From an uncultured Gammaproteobacteria bacterium (lineage in GTDB: Bacteria > Patescibacteriota > Patescibacteriia > CAZGFX01), in NCBI GenBank assembly GCA_964524845.1, contig CAZGFX010000002.1:6440-70439 (forward strand): a stretch of 64,000 nt of DNA, read 5' to 3'. The translations under genes and the position numbers were made by a program. Shown here piece by piece: positions 9,094 through 19,395 of this stretch (position 1 is its first letter; each line of letters starts with the position of its first letter). The notes under the pieces were generated by a model. The model was not told the DNA's origin. It did no database searches and saw nothing but the letters and a program-made list of their open reading frames with translations.

Positions 9094-9444
9094 TTACAAC
9101 ACTTTCTGTATAACCCACGTGATGATTCCGTATATGAGTGCGGCGATGATTAGTTCTTTCGTTCCGCCGTTTATTGAAACGGCTGTCGCATATTTCGTCG
9201 CGCCCCAAAACAATAATATATTTATCGCTATATTGATAAATATCGTCGCCAGTCCCAACGTGATGATTTTCAAAGGAACGGAGAGCGCTTTTGCAATTGG
9301 TTTTATAATAGTGTTGGCAATACCGAAAATAAGCAGAGATATTAGAATCGCCTTCGTATCTCCGTGAATTTGCAGTGCCGGGTATATATAAGATACAAGC
9401 AATAATGCTGCGCCATTCAATATAATTCTTAATATAAATTTCAT
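9094..9444 (-). CDS. 4-TM phage-holin-like (YvlD-type) membrane protein
   Basis: MKFILRIILNGAAL...NTIIKPI...PLKIITLGL...IN pattern; SD upstream. Confidence 0.75.
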   Translation of the reverse strand: MKFILRIILNGAALLLVSYIYPALQIHGDTKAILISLLIFGIANTIIKPIAKALSVPLKIITLGLATIFINIAINILLFWGATKYATAVSINGGTKELIIAALIYGIITWVIQKVL

Positions 9445-9576
9445 ATATTTCCTTTCTCAATATTGTATTTTATTACATATATATTGTACTTCTTTTTTTA
9501 TATTGTGTCATTTTTTAAAAAAAAGTGAAATTTATTACCAAAATATGCTACAATAAAGCCATATAAATAAACATAC

Positions 9577-10596
9577 ATGGCAAAAAAAATAAGGATTGCG
9601 ATCAATGGATTTGGTCGTATAGGACGAGGAGCATTTCGCGCGGCTCTTGAGAGAAAAAACATTGAAGTTGTTGGAATAAACGATCTTCAACAACCATCAG
9701 CTCTTGCACACCTTTTAACTTATGATTCGGTATATGGGCGTTTTAGAAGCGCTGTAAAATCTGATATTTCGAGCATAACTGTTGGGAAAACAAAAATACC
9801 AGTATATGCGGAAAAAGATCCGAGTAAGCTTCCTTGGAAAAAATTGGGAGTAGATTTAGTCCTAGAATGCACGGGTTTTTTCACTGATGATTCTGCATCG
9901 CTTCATATAAAAGCCGGTGCGAAGCGAGTTATAATATCCGCTCCCGCAAAAAGCAAAACAAATTCTATAAAAACATTTGTTCAAGGAGTAAACACAGAGA
10001 AAGGTGAATTTAAAAAAGAAGTTGTAATTTCAAACGCATCATGTACGACGAACTCTCTTGCGCCTGTGATGGAGGTCATAAACCGCGTGTTTGGTATTAA
10101 AAAGGCTGTCATGACGACCGTACACGCTTATACAGCGGATCAGACGCTTGTTGATGGACCGCACAAAGACTTAAGGCGCGCGCGGTCTGCCGCAATCAAT
10201 ATTATACCTACGACAACAGGTGCCGCGCGCGCCGTCACAGAAACAATTCCTGAACTCAAAGGAATGTTTGACGGAACAGCGCTAAGGGTTCCTGTTCCGG
10301 TAGGATCGATTTCTGATATAACGATGGTTCTTTCAGAAAAAACAACAATAGAAAAAGTACATGCTGTATTGAATAAAGAATCGATGTCAAAAAGATACAA
10401 AGGAATTATAGAGTGTACAAACGATCCGATTGTATCAACTGATATTATTAAAAACCCATATTCAAGTATTGTTGATTTATCTTTAACAAAACTTATAGAT
10501 GGTGATTTGTTAAAGTTGTTCGTTTGGTACGACAACGAGTGGGGATACAGTATGCGCCTTATTGATATGGCGGAAACTATCACATCAGAAAAATAA
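9577..10596 (+). CDS. gap: Glyceraldehyde-3-phosphate dehydrogenase, type I
   Basis: INGFGRIGR, SNASCTTN, WYDNEWGY. Confidence 0.97.
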   Translation: MAKKIRIAINGFGRIGRGAFRAALERKNIEVVGINDLQQPSALAHLLTYDSVYGRFRSAVKSDISSITVGKTKIPVYAEKDPSKLPWKKLGVDLVLECTGFFTDDSASLHIKAGAKRVIISAPAKSKTNSIKTFVQGVNTEKGEFKKEVVISNASCTTNSLAPVMEVINRVFGIKKAVMTTVHAYTADQTLVDGPHKDLRRARSAAINIIPTTTGAARAVTETIPELKGMFDGTALRVPVPVGSISDITMVLSEKTTIEKVHAVLNKESMSKRYKGIIECTNDPIVSTDIIKNPYSSIVDLSLTKLIDGDLLKLFVWYDNEWGYSMRLIDMAETITSEK

Positions 10597-10599
10597 CAT

Positions 10600-11139
10600 A
10601 TGATGATATTTTTATACGCAAAAGACAATCCAACTCCTAAGCACGCTGATAGGAGAAGGTTTTTGCTTAGTGAATTTCAAAAGAAAGGTGTTCAATTTGT
10701 TACAAACATCGCAGGACATGGCGGTTCGACACTTCCGTACGGATCAGGTGGCGTGGCGCTAGATGAGGAAGATTTTTTCTATGGAGCTGACGGAGTGTGT
10801 GTCGAATATGACGATCCAGATTTCAATCTGCATATTATAGCGCGTGCGTGCGTTGAAAGATCCGTACCGCTTGTAGTTCTTGTTCATGATTCTGTTTCAA
10901 GTGAAGAACAAATTCCTGAATATGCGAAAATTCTAAGATATACGAAAGATAATTGTTCGGATAAAATTGAAGAGATTTTAAATATTTGCGCCGCGCCACC
11001 AACATCATTACAATCTGTGAAATTTACAGTAAGAATTACTCCACAAATCGAGAGGTTTTTGGATAGAGAGGCGAAAAAACAATCTGTATCAAAAGCCGAT
11101 TTTGTCAGGAAACTGATCGAAGATAAAATGGAAAAATAA
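10600..11139 (+). CDS. Putative regulator: alpha/beta N-domain + C-terminal ribbon-helix-helix
   Basis: C-terminal KFTVRITPQIERFLDREAKKQSVSKADFVRKLIED fits a CopG/RHH pattern. Confidence 0.6.
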   Translation: MMIFLYAKDNPTPKHADRRRFLLSEFQKKGVQFVTNIAGHGGSTLPYGSGGVALDEEDFFYGADGVCVEYDDPDFNLHIIARACVERSVPLVVLVHDSVSSEEQIPEYAKILRYTKDNCSDKIEEILNICAAPPTSLQSVKFTVRITPQIERFLDREAKKQSVSKADFVRKLIEDKMEK

Positions 11140-11156
11140 GATGCTCAATAATTTTT

Positions 11157-12449
11157 ATGAAAAAACAGAAACCAATTAAAACATGGAAAAAGATTCGTTC
11201 TTGGAAAAATAAGAAAGTACTTATAAGAGCTGATTTAGATATACCATTTTATAATGGCAAACTTATTTTAAATGACGAGAGTGATATTCGTTTGAAAAGT
11301 GCAGTGAGTACGTTTCGTACATTTATTGCAAAGAAAAGTATTCCAATTGTACTTGCTCACGTAGGACGCCCAACGACAAATAATAAAAAGATGTTTGATA
11401 TGAGTCTCGTGGCTCGTAGAATAGGATATTTGTGTAATAAAAAGACACATAATATTAGTCTCATTGATGTTCCATTAAGAAAACGATTTTTTAGTTTATC
11501 AACTAAAACCAAAAAATATATTAATGAGTTATCAGATGAGGTTTTTCTGATTACGTCTAGAAAAATATACGGAAAAATAATTTCATATAATGAGCTTAAG
11601 ATTGGGGATATTTTAATACTTCAAAACACTCGATTTTGGAAAGAAGAAGAAAAAAACGATCAACAGTTTGCAAAAGCCTTGTCTTGTTTTGGAGATTTTT
11701 TTATCAATGATGCGTTCGCTACTTGTCACAGGGAGCATGCGTCAACATATGGTGTTATGAAATTTCTTTCGTCATATGCCGGACCAATTCTTGAACGCGA
11801 GATTAAAAATATTGATCGAGTTTTACGAGGATTTCATCGGCCACTTGTTTGTGTTGTTGGAGGAGCAAAGATTTCAACCAAACTCGGAGTGATAAAAAGA
11901 TTTTTATCAATCGCAGACCACGTTATTGTCGGAGGTGGTGTAGCAAACACTTTTTTTTCAGCGCAAGGACACGATATTGGTTTATCATTAATTGAAGAAA
12001 AGGCAAAAAATGAAGCAAAAAAGCTTTTAAAGAATAAAAAGTTAATACTTCCGATCGATGTCGTTGTATCAAAAACAAATAGGCGCATACAGAGAGGAAC
12101 ACGAACCGTCTCTGTGGATCAGGTTTTAAAAGATGAATATATTGTTGATATTGGACCAAAAACGCTTTCCCGCATTCTTCCTATTATTGTGTCTGCCGGA
12201 ACTATTATTTGGAACGGGCCTCTTGGGCTTTTTGAAGAAAAAAATGCCTCATCAGGGACTTATTCTTTTGCGCGAGCAGTGGCAAGATCAAAAGCCTTTT
12301 CGCTTGTTGGAGGCGGAGAAACTCTGATGGTTTTGTCTGTTTTGGGTATTTCTAAAAAAATCTCATATATATCACTTGGAGGAGGCGCCCTTCTAAAATA
12401 CGTTGAAAATAAAGGAAATCTAAAAGTTATCAACAGGTTAAGAGGGTAA
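11157..12449 (+). CDS. pgk: Phosphoglycerate kinase
   Basis: LQNTRF, NDAFATCHREHAS, GGAKISTK, WNGPLGLFE, GGGAL. Confidence 0.93.
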   Translation: MKKQKPIKTWKKIRSWKNKKVLIRADLDIPFYNGKLILNDESDIRLKSAVSTFRTFIAKKSIPIVLAHVGRPTTNNKKMFDMSLVARRIGYLCNKKTHNISLIDVPLRKRFFSLSTKTKKYINELSDEVFLITSRKIYGKIISYNELKIGDILILQNTRFWKEEEKNDQQFAKALSCFGDFFINDAFATCHREHASTYGVMKFLSSYAGPILEREIKNIDRVLRGFHRPLVCVVGGAKISTKLGVIKRFLSIADHVIVGGGVANTFFSAQGHDIGLSLIEEKAKNEAKKLLKNKKLILPIDVVVSKTNRRIQRGTRTVSVDQVLKDEYIVDIGPKTLSRILPIIVSAGTIIWNGPLGLFEEKNASSGTYSFARAVARSKAFSLVGGGETLMVLSVLGISKKISYISLGGGALLKYVENKGNLKVINRLRG

Positions 12450-12672
12450 GGTGTTGTTGTGAAAAAACTAAAAATATGCTATGATATATTCGAACTTCGG
12501 AGAGAGAAGTTCTTACGACAAAAAATCACCCTTTTCGCTTGTTTTAGCGAAAAATATCAAAATACAATTTTAGATAGAAATAAATAGCTTAATAATGCCA
12601 TATTTTTATATCATGTGTATTATTATGCAAAGAAAGAAACTGTCGTAGCGCTAACCCATTAAAAAAACCATT

Positions 12673-12963
12673 ATGATCCAAGATGCCCACGGGTGCACCA
12701 CAATGCTTTGTAAAGCAGAATATAAAGCTCGTGAAATTGGTCAGCATATCGTTCGTGGCATCGTAAGTCTGCCTATAGCGATTATATCTGGGTTTTATAT
12801 CCAACTTGTTGCATTTCATTATGGAAGTGCTGACGCAACGGGGATATCCTCAGTATTGCTTCACCCAATATCGCTTTTTGTGGCAGTACCGATGTTTTTG
12901 CGATCGGTATTCTCAATTTTTATGAGATTCCGTAACGCGCTTGAAATATGGAGCATTGAATAA
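12673..12963 (+). CDS. Small hypothetical membrane protein
   Basis: 96 aa with two hydrophobic segments, followed by a strong terminator. Confidence 0.5.
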   Translation: MIQDAHGCTTMLCKAEYKAREIGQHIVRGIVSLPIAIISGFYIQLVAFHYGSADATGISSVLLHPISLFVAVPMFLRSVFSIFMRFRNALEIWSIE

Positions 12964-12978
12964 AGATGCACCTTTTCG

Positions 12979-13016
12979 ACAGCCGATTCTTATTATTAAG
13001 AGTCGGCTGTTTTTTT
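12979..13016 (+). terminator. Intrinsic terminator
   Basis: ACAGCCGATTCTTA-ttat-TAAGAGTCGGCTGT + T-run. Confidence 0.8.
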
Positions 13017-13080
13017 GTGATTAAAACAAGAATTTTTGCTATAATACAGTATATATAAATTAATTTTATAAAAAATAGTT

Positions 13081-14352
13081 ATGCAAACAATTCATGATAT
13101 ACGTGCTCGAGAAATTCTAGATTCTCGAGGGAACCCCACAGTGGCCGTAACTGTATATCTATCTGATGGTTCGTATGGGCACGCAGAAGTGCCATCTGGG
13201 GCTTCTACTGGTGTCCACGAGGCACTTGAACTAAGGGATGGTGATCCTAAGAGGTATAATGGAAAAGGCGTTTTAAGAGCTGTTAATAACGTTAATACGA
13301 CAATTAAAAAAGCACTTATCGGTTTTAATGTTAAACATCAAGCAGAGATTGATGAAAAAATGATCAGGTTAGATGGAACGAAAAACAAAGAAGTATTAGG
13401 AGCAAATGCTATTCTTGGTGTATCTATGGCGTGTGCAGCGGCGGCCGCAAATGCATCTAACATGCCTCTTTATAAATATCTTCGTACATTGTTTGATTTC
13501 GGTTATGGAAATACATTTACTCTTCCGATGCCAGTTATTAATGTAATTAATGGAGGCGCTCATGCTGATAGTAATCTTGATTTGCAAGAATTTTGGATTA
13601 TTCCAGTTGGTGCGAAAACAATGGCCGAAAGAGTAAGATACTCCTCAGAGGTTTTTCACTCCCTAGAGAAAATTTTAAAAGAAAACAATAGAGGAACAAA
13701 CGTTGGAAATGAAGGTGGTTTCGCATGTATGTTCACATCTCTCGAAGAACCTTTACAGTTTTTGTCAGAGGCCATAAAACGTGCGGGATACGAATTAGGA
13801 AAGGACTTTACTTTTGGCATGGACACAGGATCATCAGAGTTTTATGATACAAAAACAGATAGATATATTATAAAACTTGATAATAAGATAATGACACACG
13901 AAGATATGTTGCACATGTATGCGGAATGGATGAAAAAATATCCGTTTCAAGCAATAGAAGATCCTGTTGATCAAGATGCTTGGGACGCATGGGCGATGGC
14001 TACTAAACTTTTTGGTGATAAAATACTGCTTGTCGGTGACGACTTTTTTGTTACAAACAAAGAGCGTTTAGCGAAAGGCATTGAAAAAGGATGTGCAAAC
14101 GCAATTCTTATAAAATTAAATCAGATAGGAAGTGTTACGGAAACAATGCAAACAATATTACTAGCAAAACAACACAGATATGCGACAATGATATCTCATA
14201 GATCCGGAGAAACTACAGATACGTTTATTGCGGATTTAGCAGTTGCTGTTAATGCCGAATATGTAAAAACAGGTTCTATGTCCAGAGGTGAGCGTATATG
14301 TAAATATAATCGTTTTCTCGAAATAGAAGACGAACTATCAATTACACAATAA
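13081..14352 (+). CDS. eno: Enolase
   Basis: DSRGNPT, PSGASTG, LVGDD, SHRSGET. Confidence 0.97.
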   Translation: MQTIHDIRAREILDSRGNPTVAVTVYLSDGSYGHAEVPSGASTGVHEALELRDGDPKRYNGKGVLRAVNNVNTTIKKALIGFNVKHQAEIDEKMIRLDGTKNKEVLGANAILGVSMACAAAAANASNMPLYKYLRTLFDFGYGNTFTLPMPVINVINGGAHADSNLDLQEFWIIPVGAKTMAERVRYSSEVFHSLEKILKENNRGTNVGNEGGFACMFTSLEEPLQFLSEAIKRAGYELGKDFTFGMDTGSSEFYDTKTDRYIIKLDNKIMTHEDMLHMYAEWMKKYPFQAIEDPVDQDAWDAWAMATKLFGDKILLVGDDFFVTNKERLAKGIEKGCANAILIKLNQIGSVTETMQTILLAKQHRYATMISHRSGETTDTFIADLAVAVNAEYVKTGSMSRGERICKYNRFLEIEDELSITQ

Positions 14353-14361
14353 TAAAATAAA

Positions 14362-15957
14362 ATGGACCAAATCGGACAAGAATTAGTACGTCCAAAACCA
14401 GTCGTCCTTTGTATCTTGGATGGATTTGGGATTGCTCCTCCTGGAGAAGGAAATGCTGTTTCTATGGCAGAAATGCCAAATTATAATAAAATACTTCAAA
14501 TATATCCGTCTATCCCAATACAAGCGTCTGGGGATTATGTTGGCTTGAGATGGGGAGAGGTTGGAAATTCAGAAGTTGGGCATCTTAATATTGGTGCTGG
14601 TGAAATTGTATATCAAAGCTTGCCACGTATTAACAAGTTAATTTCAACTGGAGAATTTTTCGAAAACAAAGTTTTGATTGACGCGATAGAACGAGCTCGT
14701 AAAGGAGGATCTCTTCATATCATGGGTCTTTGTAGTTCCGGAGGAGTTCATTCTCACACAGATCATCTGAACGCACTCATTGATATGTGCGTTGATAAGG
14801 GTTTAAAGAATTTTTTTGTACACATGTTTCTTGATGGACGTGACACTCCTTTTAACTCAGGAATTGACTTCGTGCGCGCGGTCGGCGTGAAATGCAAAGA
14901 AGTTGGTGCAGGAAGCATAGCTACAGTTACTGGTAGGTTTTTCGCAATGGATAGAGATAATCGATGGGATAGAACTGAGAAAGCATACAACGCAATTGCG
15001 TATGGAAAAGCTGAACAGATGAGCATATCACCCGAAAAAGCGATTGAGGATTTTTATGCACAAAACATTTTTGATGAGCAAATTCCGCCAATAGTTATAA
15101 CTGATAAAAATGGTCAGCCATTAACAAAAGTGCAAGAAGGAGATACTATTATTTTTATAAATTTTAGAGCCGACCGCGCGCGTCAACTTACAAAGGCGTT
15201 TGTACTTCCTTCTTTTTCGTCTTTTGAAAGACCTGAATTTTTTAAAGACCTGATGTTTGTCACCATGATGGAGTACGAAAAAGGGTTGCCTGTTATAGTA
15301 GCACTTGAACCAAATGAAATAACAAATCCGCTTGGAAAAATTATTAGTGACGCAGGATTAAAACAATTGCGTATATCTGAAACGGAAAAATACGCTCATG
15401 TGACATTCTTTTTTAATGGAGGAAGAGAAGAAGTTTTTCTGGGCGAAGATCGTGTTGTTATTCCATCTCCAAAAGTCGCTTCGTATGCAGATGAACCTGG
15501 TATGAGTTGTGAACAATTAACGGATCGAATTATATCAGAGATTGCGAAAAATTATTATGATTTAATTGTTGTTAATTATGCAAATCCTGACATGGTTGGA
15601 CACACGGGGAATCTCAAAGCAACGATAGAAGCACTTGAAATACTTGATTGGCAACTCGGGAAGCTTATAGATACTGCGCTTTCTGTTGGTGGAGTAGTTG
15701 TTATTACAGCAGATCACGGTAATTGCGAACAAAAATTGAATTTTCAGACAAATGAGATATCAAAAGAACACTCCACATCTCCAGTGCCATTGGTTATAAT
15801 AGGAAAAGAATATCAAAATATGACGATGATTTCCGGAGGAGTGTCTGATTTATCAACGGTTCAGCCGGTCGGAGTTCTTGCTGATATTGCTCCGACAATT
15901 TTGAAAATTATGAAGTTGCGTCAACCGGAAAGCATGACAGGAACACCATTAATATAA
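14362..15957 (+). CDS. gpmI: 2,3-BPG-independent phosphoglycerate mutase
   Basis: LDGFG, GNSEVGH, AMDRD, ETEKYAHVT, DMVGHTG, TADHGN. Confidence 0.96.
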   Translation: MDQIGQELVRPKPVVLCILDGFGIAPPGEGNAVSMAEMPNYNKILQIYPSIPIQASGDYVGLRWGEVGNSEVGHLNIGAGEIVYQSLPRINKLISTGEFFENKVLIDAIERARKGGSLHIMGLCSSGGVHSHTDHLNALIDMCVDKGLKNFFVHMFLDGRDTPFNSGIDFVRAVGVKCKEVGAGSIATVTGRFFAMDRDNRWDRTEKAYNAIAYGKAEQMSISPEKAIEDFYAQNIFDEQIPPIVITDKNGQPLTKVQEGDTIIFINFRADRARQLTKAFVLPSFSSFERPEFFKDLMFVTMMEYEKGLPVIVALEPNEITNPLGKIISDAGLKQLRISETEKYAHVTFFFNGGREEVFLGEDRVVIPSPKVASYADEPGMSCEQLTDRIISEIAKNYYDLIVVNYANPDMVGHTGNLKATIEALEILDWQLGKLIDTALSVGGVVVITADHGNCEQKLNFQTNEISKEHSTSPVPLVIIGKEYQNMTMISGGVSDLSTVQPVGVLADIAPTILKIMKLRQPESMTGTPLI

Positions 15958-15964
15958 ATATCGT

Positions 15965-16402
15965 ATGAATGAATATATTCCATTAATTATACCTATCGTT
16001 GTTTTTATTCTAGTACAATGTCTTAAGGCTATAATTGATTTATCGAGAAACAGATTTAGTTGGGCAAAAGCATTTACAGGATATGGAGGCATGCCATCGT
16101 CGCACGCAACTGTTACGAGTTCTGTGTGCACTATTGTTGCGTTATTTGAAGGTATACACTCCATTATTTTTGTAGTTTCTTTGTTTTTTACTTTAATTAT
16201 TTTGCGTGATGCCGTTGGATTTCGCGCAGATGTTGGAGAACAAGGAAAGGTAATTAATTCTTTTATAAAAAAGCTTCCTGATACAGAAGAGTACGAATAT
16301 CCTGTGTTTGAAGAAAAGACAGGACATACTATTCCTCAGGTGTTTTTTGGAGTCGCGTTCGGAGTTGTTGTAACAACTCTTCTTTATTGGCTTTTTGTAT
16401 GA
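15965..16402 (+). CDS. Divergent PAP2 family (DUF212) protein
   Basis: GGMPSSH, DAVGFR and GHT motifs. Confidence 0.85.
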   Translation: MNEYIPLIIPIVVFILVQCLKAIIDLSRNRFSWAKAFTGYGGMPSSHATVTSSVCTIVALFEGIHSIIFVVSLFFTLIILRDAVGFRADVGEQGKVINSFIKKLPDTEEYEYPVFEEKTGHTIPQVFFGVAFGVVVTTLLYWLFV

Positions 16403-17394
16403 TATATCGTATTGCAGGCGGATTAATTTTATTGTGTGTTTTGGTGTCTGCCGGATATTTTTTTTATGAAACTCGACGTGCACTTACCGAAGATGACCAT
16501 GTCATTATACTTGATATACAATCTGGTAGTAAAAAAGATATCGTGCATACGATACAGAGTGCTGGAATTCCATTAAGTGGTTTTTTATTTCGTATTGCAA
16601 GCATTGGAGATGATTTTGAATCTATCGAACTTGGTGAACGTTATGTGAAAAAAAACATAAGTATGAGAGGATTAATCAATATTTTGAATAAACCACTTGA
16701 AAAAAACAAAGAGAAACAAATTGTGATTCCTGAAGGATGGACAATATCCGAGATTGCAGAATATCTTGCCGAACAAAATCTGGTCGGAGCATCGGAATTT
16801 AAAAATGAGTGCGGAAATATAGAAAAGTGGTCTCGTCAATATTCATTTTTAGATGCGATACCGGAAGGATCTTCTTTGGAAGGGTTTTTGTTTCCTGATA
16901 CATACCGTGTTTTTTCGGATACTACAGCAGAGGCTATTGTAAATAAGATGCTATCAACATTCAAAAAGAAAGTTATTGATAGTGAAATTCTTCCAATCGA
17001 TGGTAATGAATATATTCGCATGAAGATAGCTTCTATTCTAGCGTCAGAGGTTAAAGAATTTGAAGATATGAAACATGTTGCAGGAATTATAAGCAACAGA
17101 ACGAAGATTGGTATGCCATTGCAAATGGACTCCACTGCAAATTATATTATTGGCAGTACGAGAGATCGTCTTTCTCATAACGAAACGAAACTTGATACGC
17201 CTTATAACACATATAAGTATCCGGGGCTTCCTCCAACACCTATAAGCAATCCCGGACTTGATGCAATTCGCGCTGCAGTAACTCCTGAAAAAAACGATTA
17301 TTTTTTCTTTCTTACTGATAAAAAAGGTGTGGTATATTATGCCAGAACTCACGAAGAGCACATAAGGAACAGAAACCTTTATCTCGGAAAATAA
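16399..17394 (+). CDS. mltG: Endolytic transglycosylase
   Basis: IPEG, LEGFLFPDTY, LQMD, PYNTYKYPGLPPTPISNPG; ATG 16399 overlaps upstream stop (ATGA). Confidence 0.92.
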   Translation: MIYRIAGGLILLCVLVSAGYFFYETRRALTEDDHVIILDIQSGSKKDIVHTIQSAGIPLSGFLFRIASIGDDFESIELGERYVKKNISMRGLINILNKPLEKNKEKQIVIPEGWTISEIAEYLAEQNLVGASEFKNECGNIEKWSRQYSFLDAIPEGSSLEGFLFPDTYRVFSDTTAEAIVNKMLSTFKKKVIDSEILPIDGNEYIRMKIASILASEVKEFEDMKHVAGIISNRTKIGMPLQMDSTANYIIGSTRDRLSHNETKLDTPYNTYKYPGLPPTPISNPGLDAIRAAVTPEKNDYFFFLTDKKGVVYYARTHEEHIRNRNLYLGK

Positions 17395-17407
17395 AAAAAC
17401 CGAGTAT

Positions 17408-18115
17408 TTATGACTCGGTTTCGTTTGATTCCTCTTTTTCTGTAATAGTTAATTTTAAGTTAGGGTTCGTTTTTTTTGGGTCGAGCATGTATGGCTCCCA
17501 TATACACATATCTTTATATGTAAATCGTTCCCACGAACGATAATTATCAACATTGTTTACGAGATACCACTCCGTTCGTTCGATCGCAAGAAGGACAAGT
17601 TCTGATATACACCAGTATTTTTTTGGATCGTCTTTTTGTAAACGAAATATTGTTTTAAAAAAGTCAAAAAAAACAATCGGGTTATCAAAAACATCCTGTG
17701 GAATAGATAAATTTTTGTTTAACTCCCTATTTATTATACTTGTTCTTGTTCTGGCAAGAGCTTCGCGAAGCAGTTTTTTTCTTTCTTTTAATGGTGTTCT
17801 GATAAGTACAAGATGTGCATATATTTCAAGAAATTCAAAATACCAAATAAGATAGGAGTCTCTAAGCAAACAAGAGCGAAAAAATTCATTAATATCAATA
17901 GAAAAATCTGTTCTTTTATCTTTTGACAGAATAAACCCTTCATCTGACAGCTCAAGTATCCATTTATTTATAAGCGTTGTTATTGAGCTTATAATTATGT
18001 TTTTATCAAGCCAGTGCTCGGTTTCTTTGTATTCAGGAAATTTTTCTAATATTCTTTCTATCGAATATCTTTCTATAAAAAGAACATTTATGAAATTTTG
18101 TTGATTTATAGGCAT
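17408..18115 (-). CDS. Hypothetical protein
   Basis: 235-aa ORF with GAGG upstream; no recognised motif. Confidence 0.6.
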   Translation of the reverse strand: MPINQQNFINVLFIERYSIERILEKFPEYKETEHWLDKNIIISSITTLINKWILELSDEGFILSKDKRTDFSIDINEFFRSCLLRDSYLIWYFEFLEIYAHLVLIRTPLKERKKLLREALARTRTSIINRELNKNLSIPQDVFDNPIVFFDFFKTIFRLQKDDPKKYWCISELVLLAIERTEWYLVNNVDNYRSWERFTYKDMCIWEPYMLDPKKTNPNLKLTITEKEESNETES

Positions 18116-18206
18116 TTTTACCTCATTGACTTTCTTTGTTTTATGTGCTATTATTTAATTAGTTTTAATCATATATTATATACCATTAATAATTAAATAA
18201 ATCAAT

Positions 18207-18713
18207 ATGGGGATAGAAAACAAAGACAACAATGATTATATTAAGAAATATGAGAAATATACTGATCTAATAAAAACAATGGAGGGAATTGACAGCATTC
18301 CATCAGTAGATGATTTAAAAAAAGAGGTTGAAGAATTAAAAGAACAACTTAAACAACTAGACAAAGAAATGTCTGAAATTAATACTAAATATGATGATGA
18401 TATAAATAAAATTGAAAAAGATAAAAAAGAAACTTTAAAGTTATTAAATATTACAGAAGAAGACTTACTAAAAAGTGAAGATGAGGAGCTTAAGGAGGCA
18501 AAAGAAATTATTTTAGAAAACGAAAAGAATATAGAAGATCTTAAAACAAATAAACAAACAACAATAGATCTTTTTATTGAGTCGCTAAATATTGAAAACG
18601 TTAAAACAAGGGGAGATTTAGTAATAAGACTTGAAAACAAACAAACAGAGCTTATTAATCGTACTATAAAAAGAAATTCAGACGACGATGAGAGAACAGG
18701 TACGGATAATTAA
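18207..18713 (+). CDS. Acidic coiled-coil hypothetical protein
   Basis: E/K-rich heptads; promoter TTGACT(18126)-17-TATTAT upstream; terminator 18726-18756 downstream. Confidence 0.65.
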   Translation: MGIENKDNNDYIKKYEKYTDLIKTMEGIDSIPSVDDLKKEVEELKEQLKQLDKEMSEINTKYDDDINKIEKDKKETLKLLNITEEDLLKSEDEELKEAKEIILENEKNIEDLKTNKQTTIDLFIESLNIENVKTRGDLVIRLENKQTELINRTIKRNSDDDERTGTDN

Positions 18714-18878
18714 TTGTTATAAATCAAAAAAATCTCGCTACTGGCGAGGTTTTTTTGTTTATCAATCAAAGGATTATAAGCATTATCCAGTTCGTGTGAC
18801 TTTGGTTGATTTGTTTTTAGTCGTATTTCTGTAAATAAAAAAGCAGGTCGTTTATGACCTGCTGATAATTTATCTTAT

Positions 18879-19265
18879 CTACCAGTTTATAATCGCTAGG
18901 TTTTGAGCGGGCCTAGCTGTCATTACCCTCAGATAGTCGCCGTAGCAACTTCTTAAAAGAAGACTTGTGAAGTCTGCCTTCTTTCTTACAAATTCTACAG
19001 AATATTCATATCTGTCGCCGTTTTTTCTCTTCGATATGATTACTGCCCTCTGTAGATTTAACAACGATATTGACGATCCAGGTATCAGATATAAATTTTT
19101 ATCTAGATACCCGAAAATTCTGTCTCCGTGATTTGCCCAGACCGTGTCGCCAACGGACCAGACTCGATTATAATTTAAGTTATAATCGAACTTTTCTTGA
19201 GAGAAAATGCTCTGTTGTGCGACAAAACACATAAACAGAATGACAAACAACGTTAACGCCTTCAT
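18879..19265 (-). CDS. Secreted hypothetical protein
   Basis: Signal-peptide-like N-terminus, AAGGAG SD, terminator 18837-18863. Confidence 0.7.
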   Translation of the reverse strand: MKALTLFVILFMCFVAQQSIFSQEKFDYNLNYNRVWSVGDTVWANHGDRIFGYLDKNLYLIPGSSISLLNLQRAVIISKRKNGDRYEYSVEFVRKKADFTSLLLRSCYGDYLRVMTARPAQNLAIINW

Positions 19266-19312
19266 TTCAAACTCCTTTGTTTTTTGTTGTTTTTTAGGTT
19301 TTTATCACATTA

Positions 19313-19341
19313 ATTATACACCTGTCGCACGTATTTGTCAA
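19313..19341 (-). promoter_or_regulatory. Consensus sigma70 promoter
   Basis: Minus strand TTGACA-17 bp-TATAAT, perfect consensus. Confidence 0.8.
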
Positions 19342-19395
19342 TAGCTTAAAAAGAAGCGAAATGATACAATAAAAGCCGATTTTGCTTATTATTTT

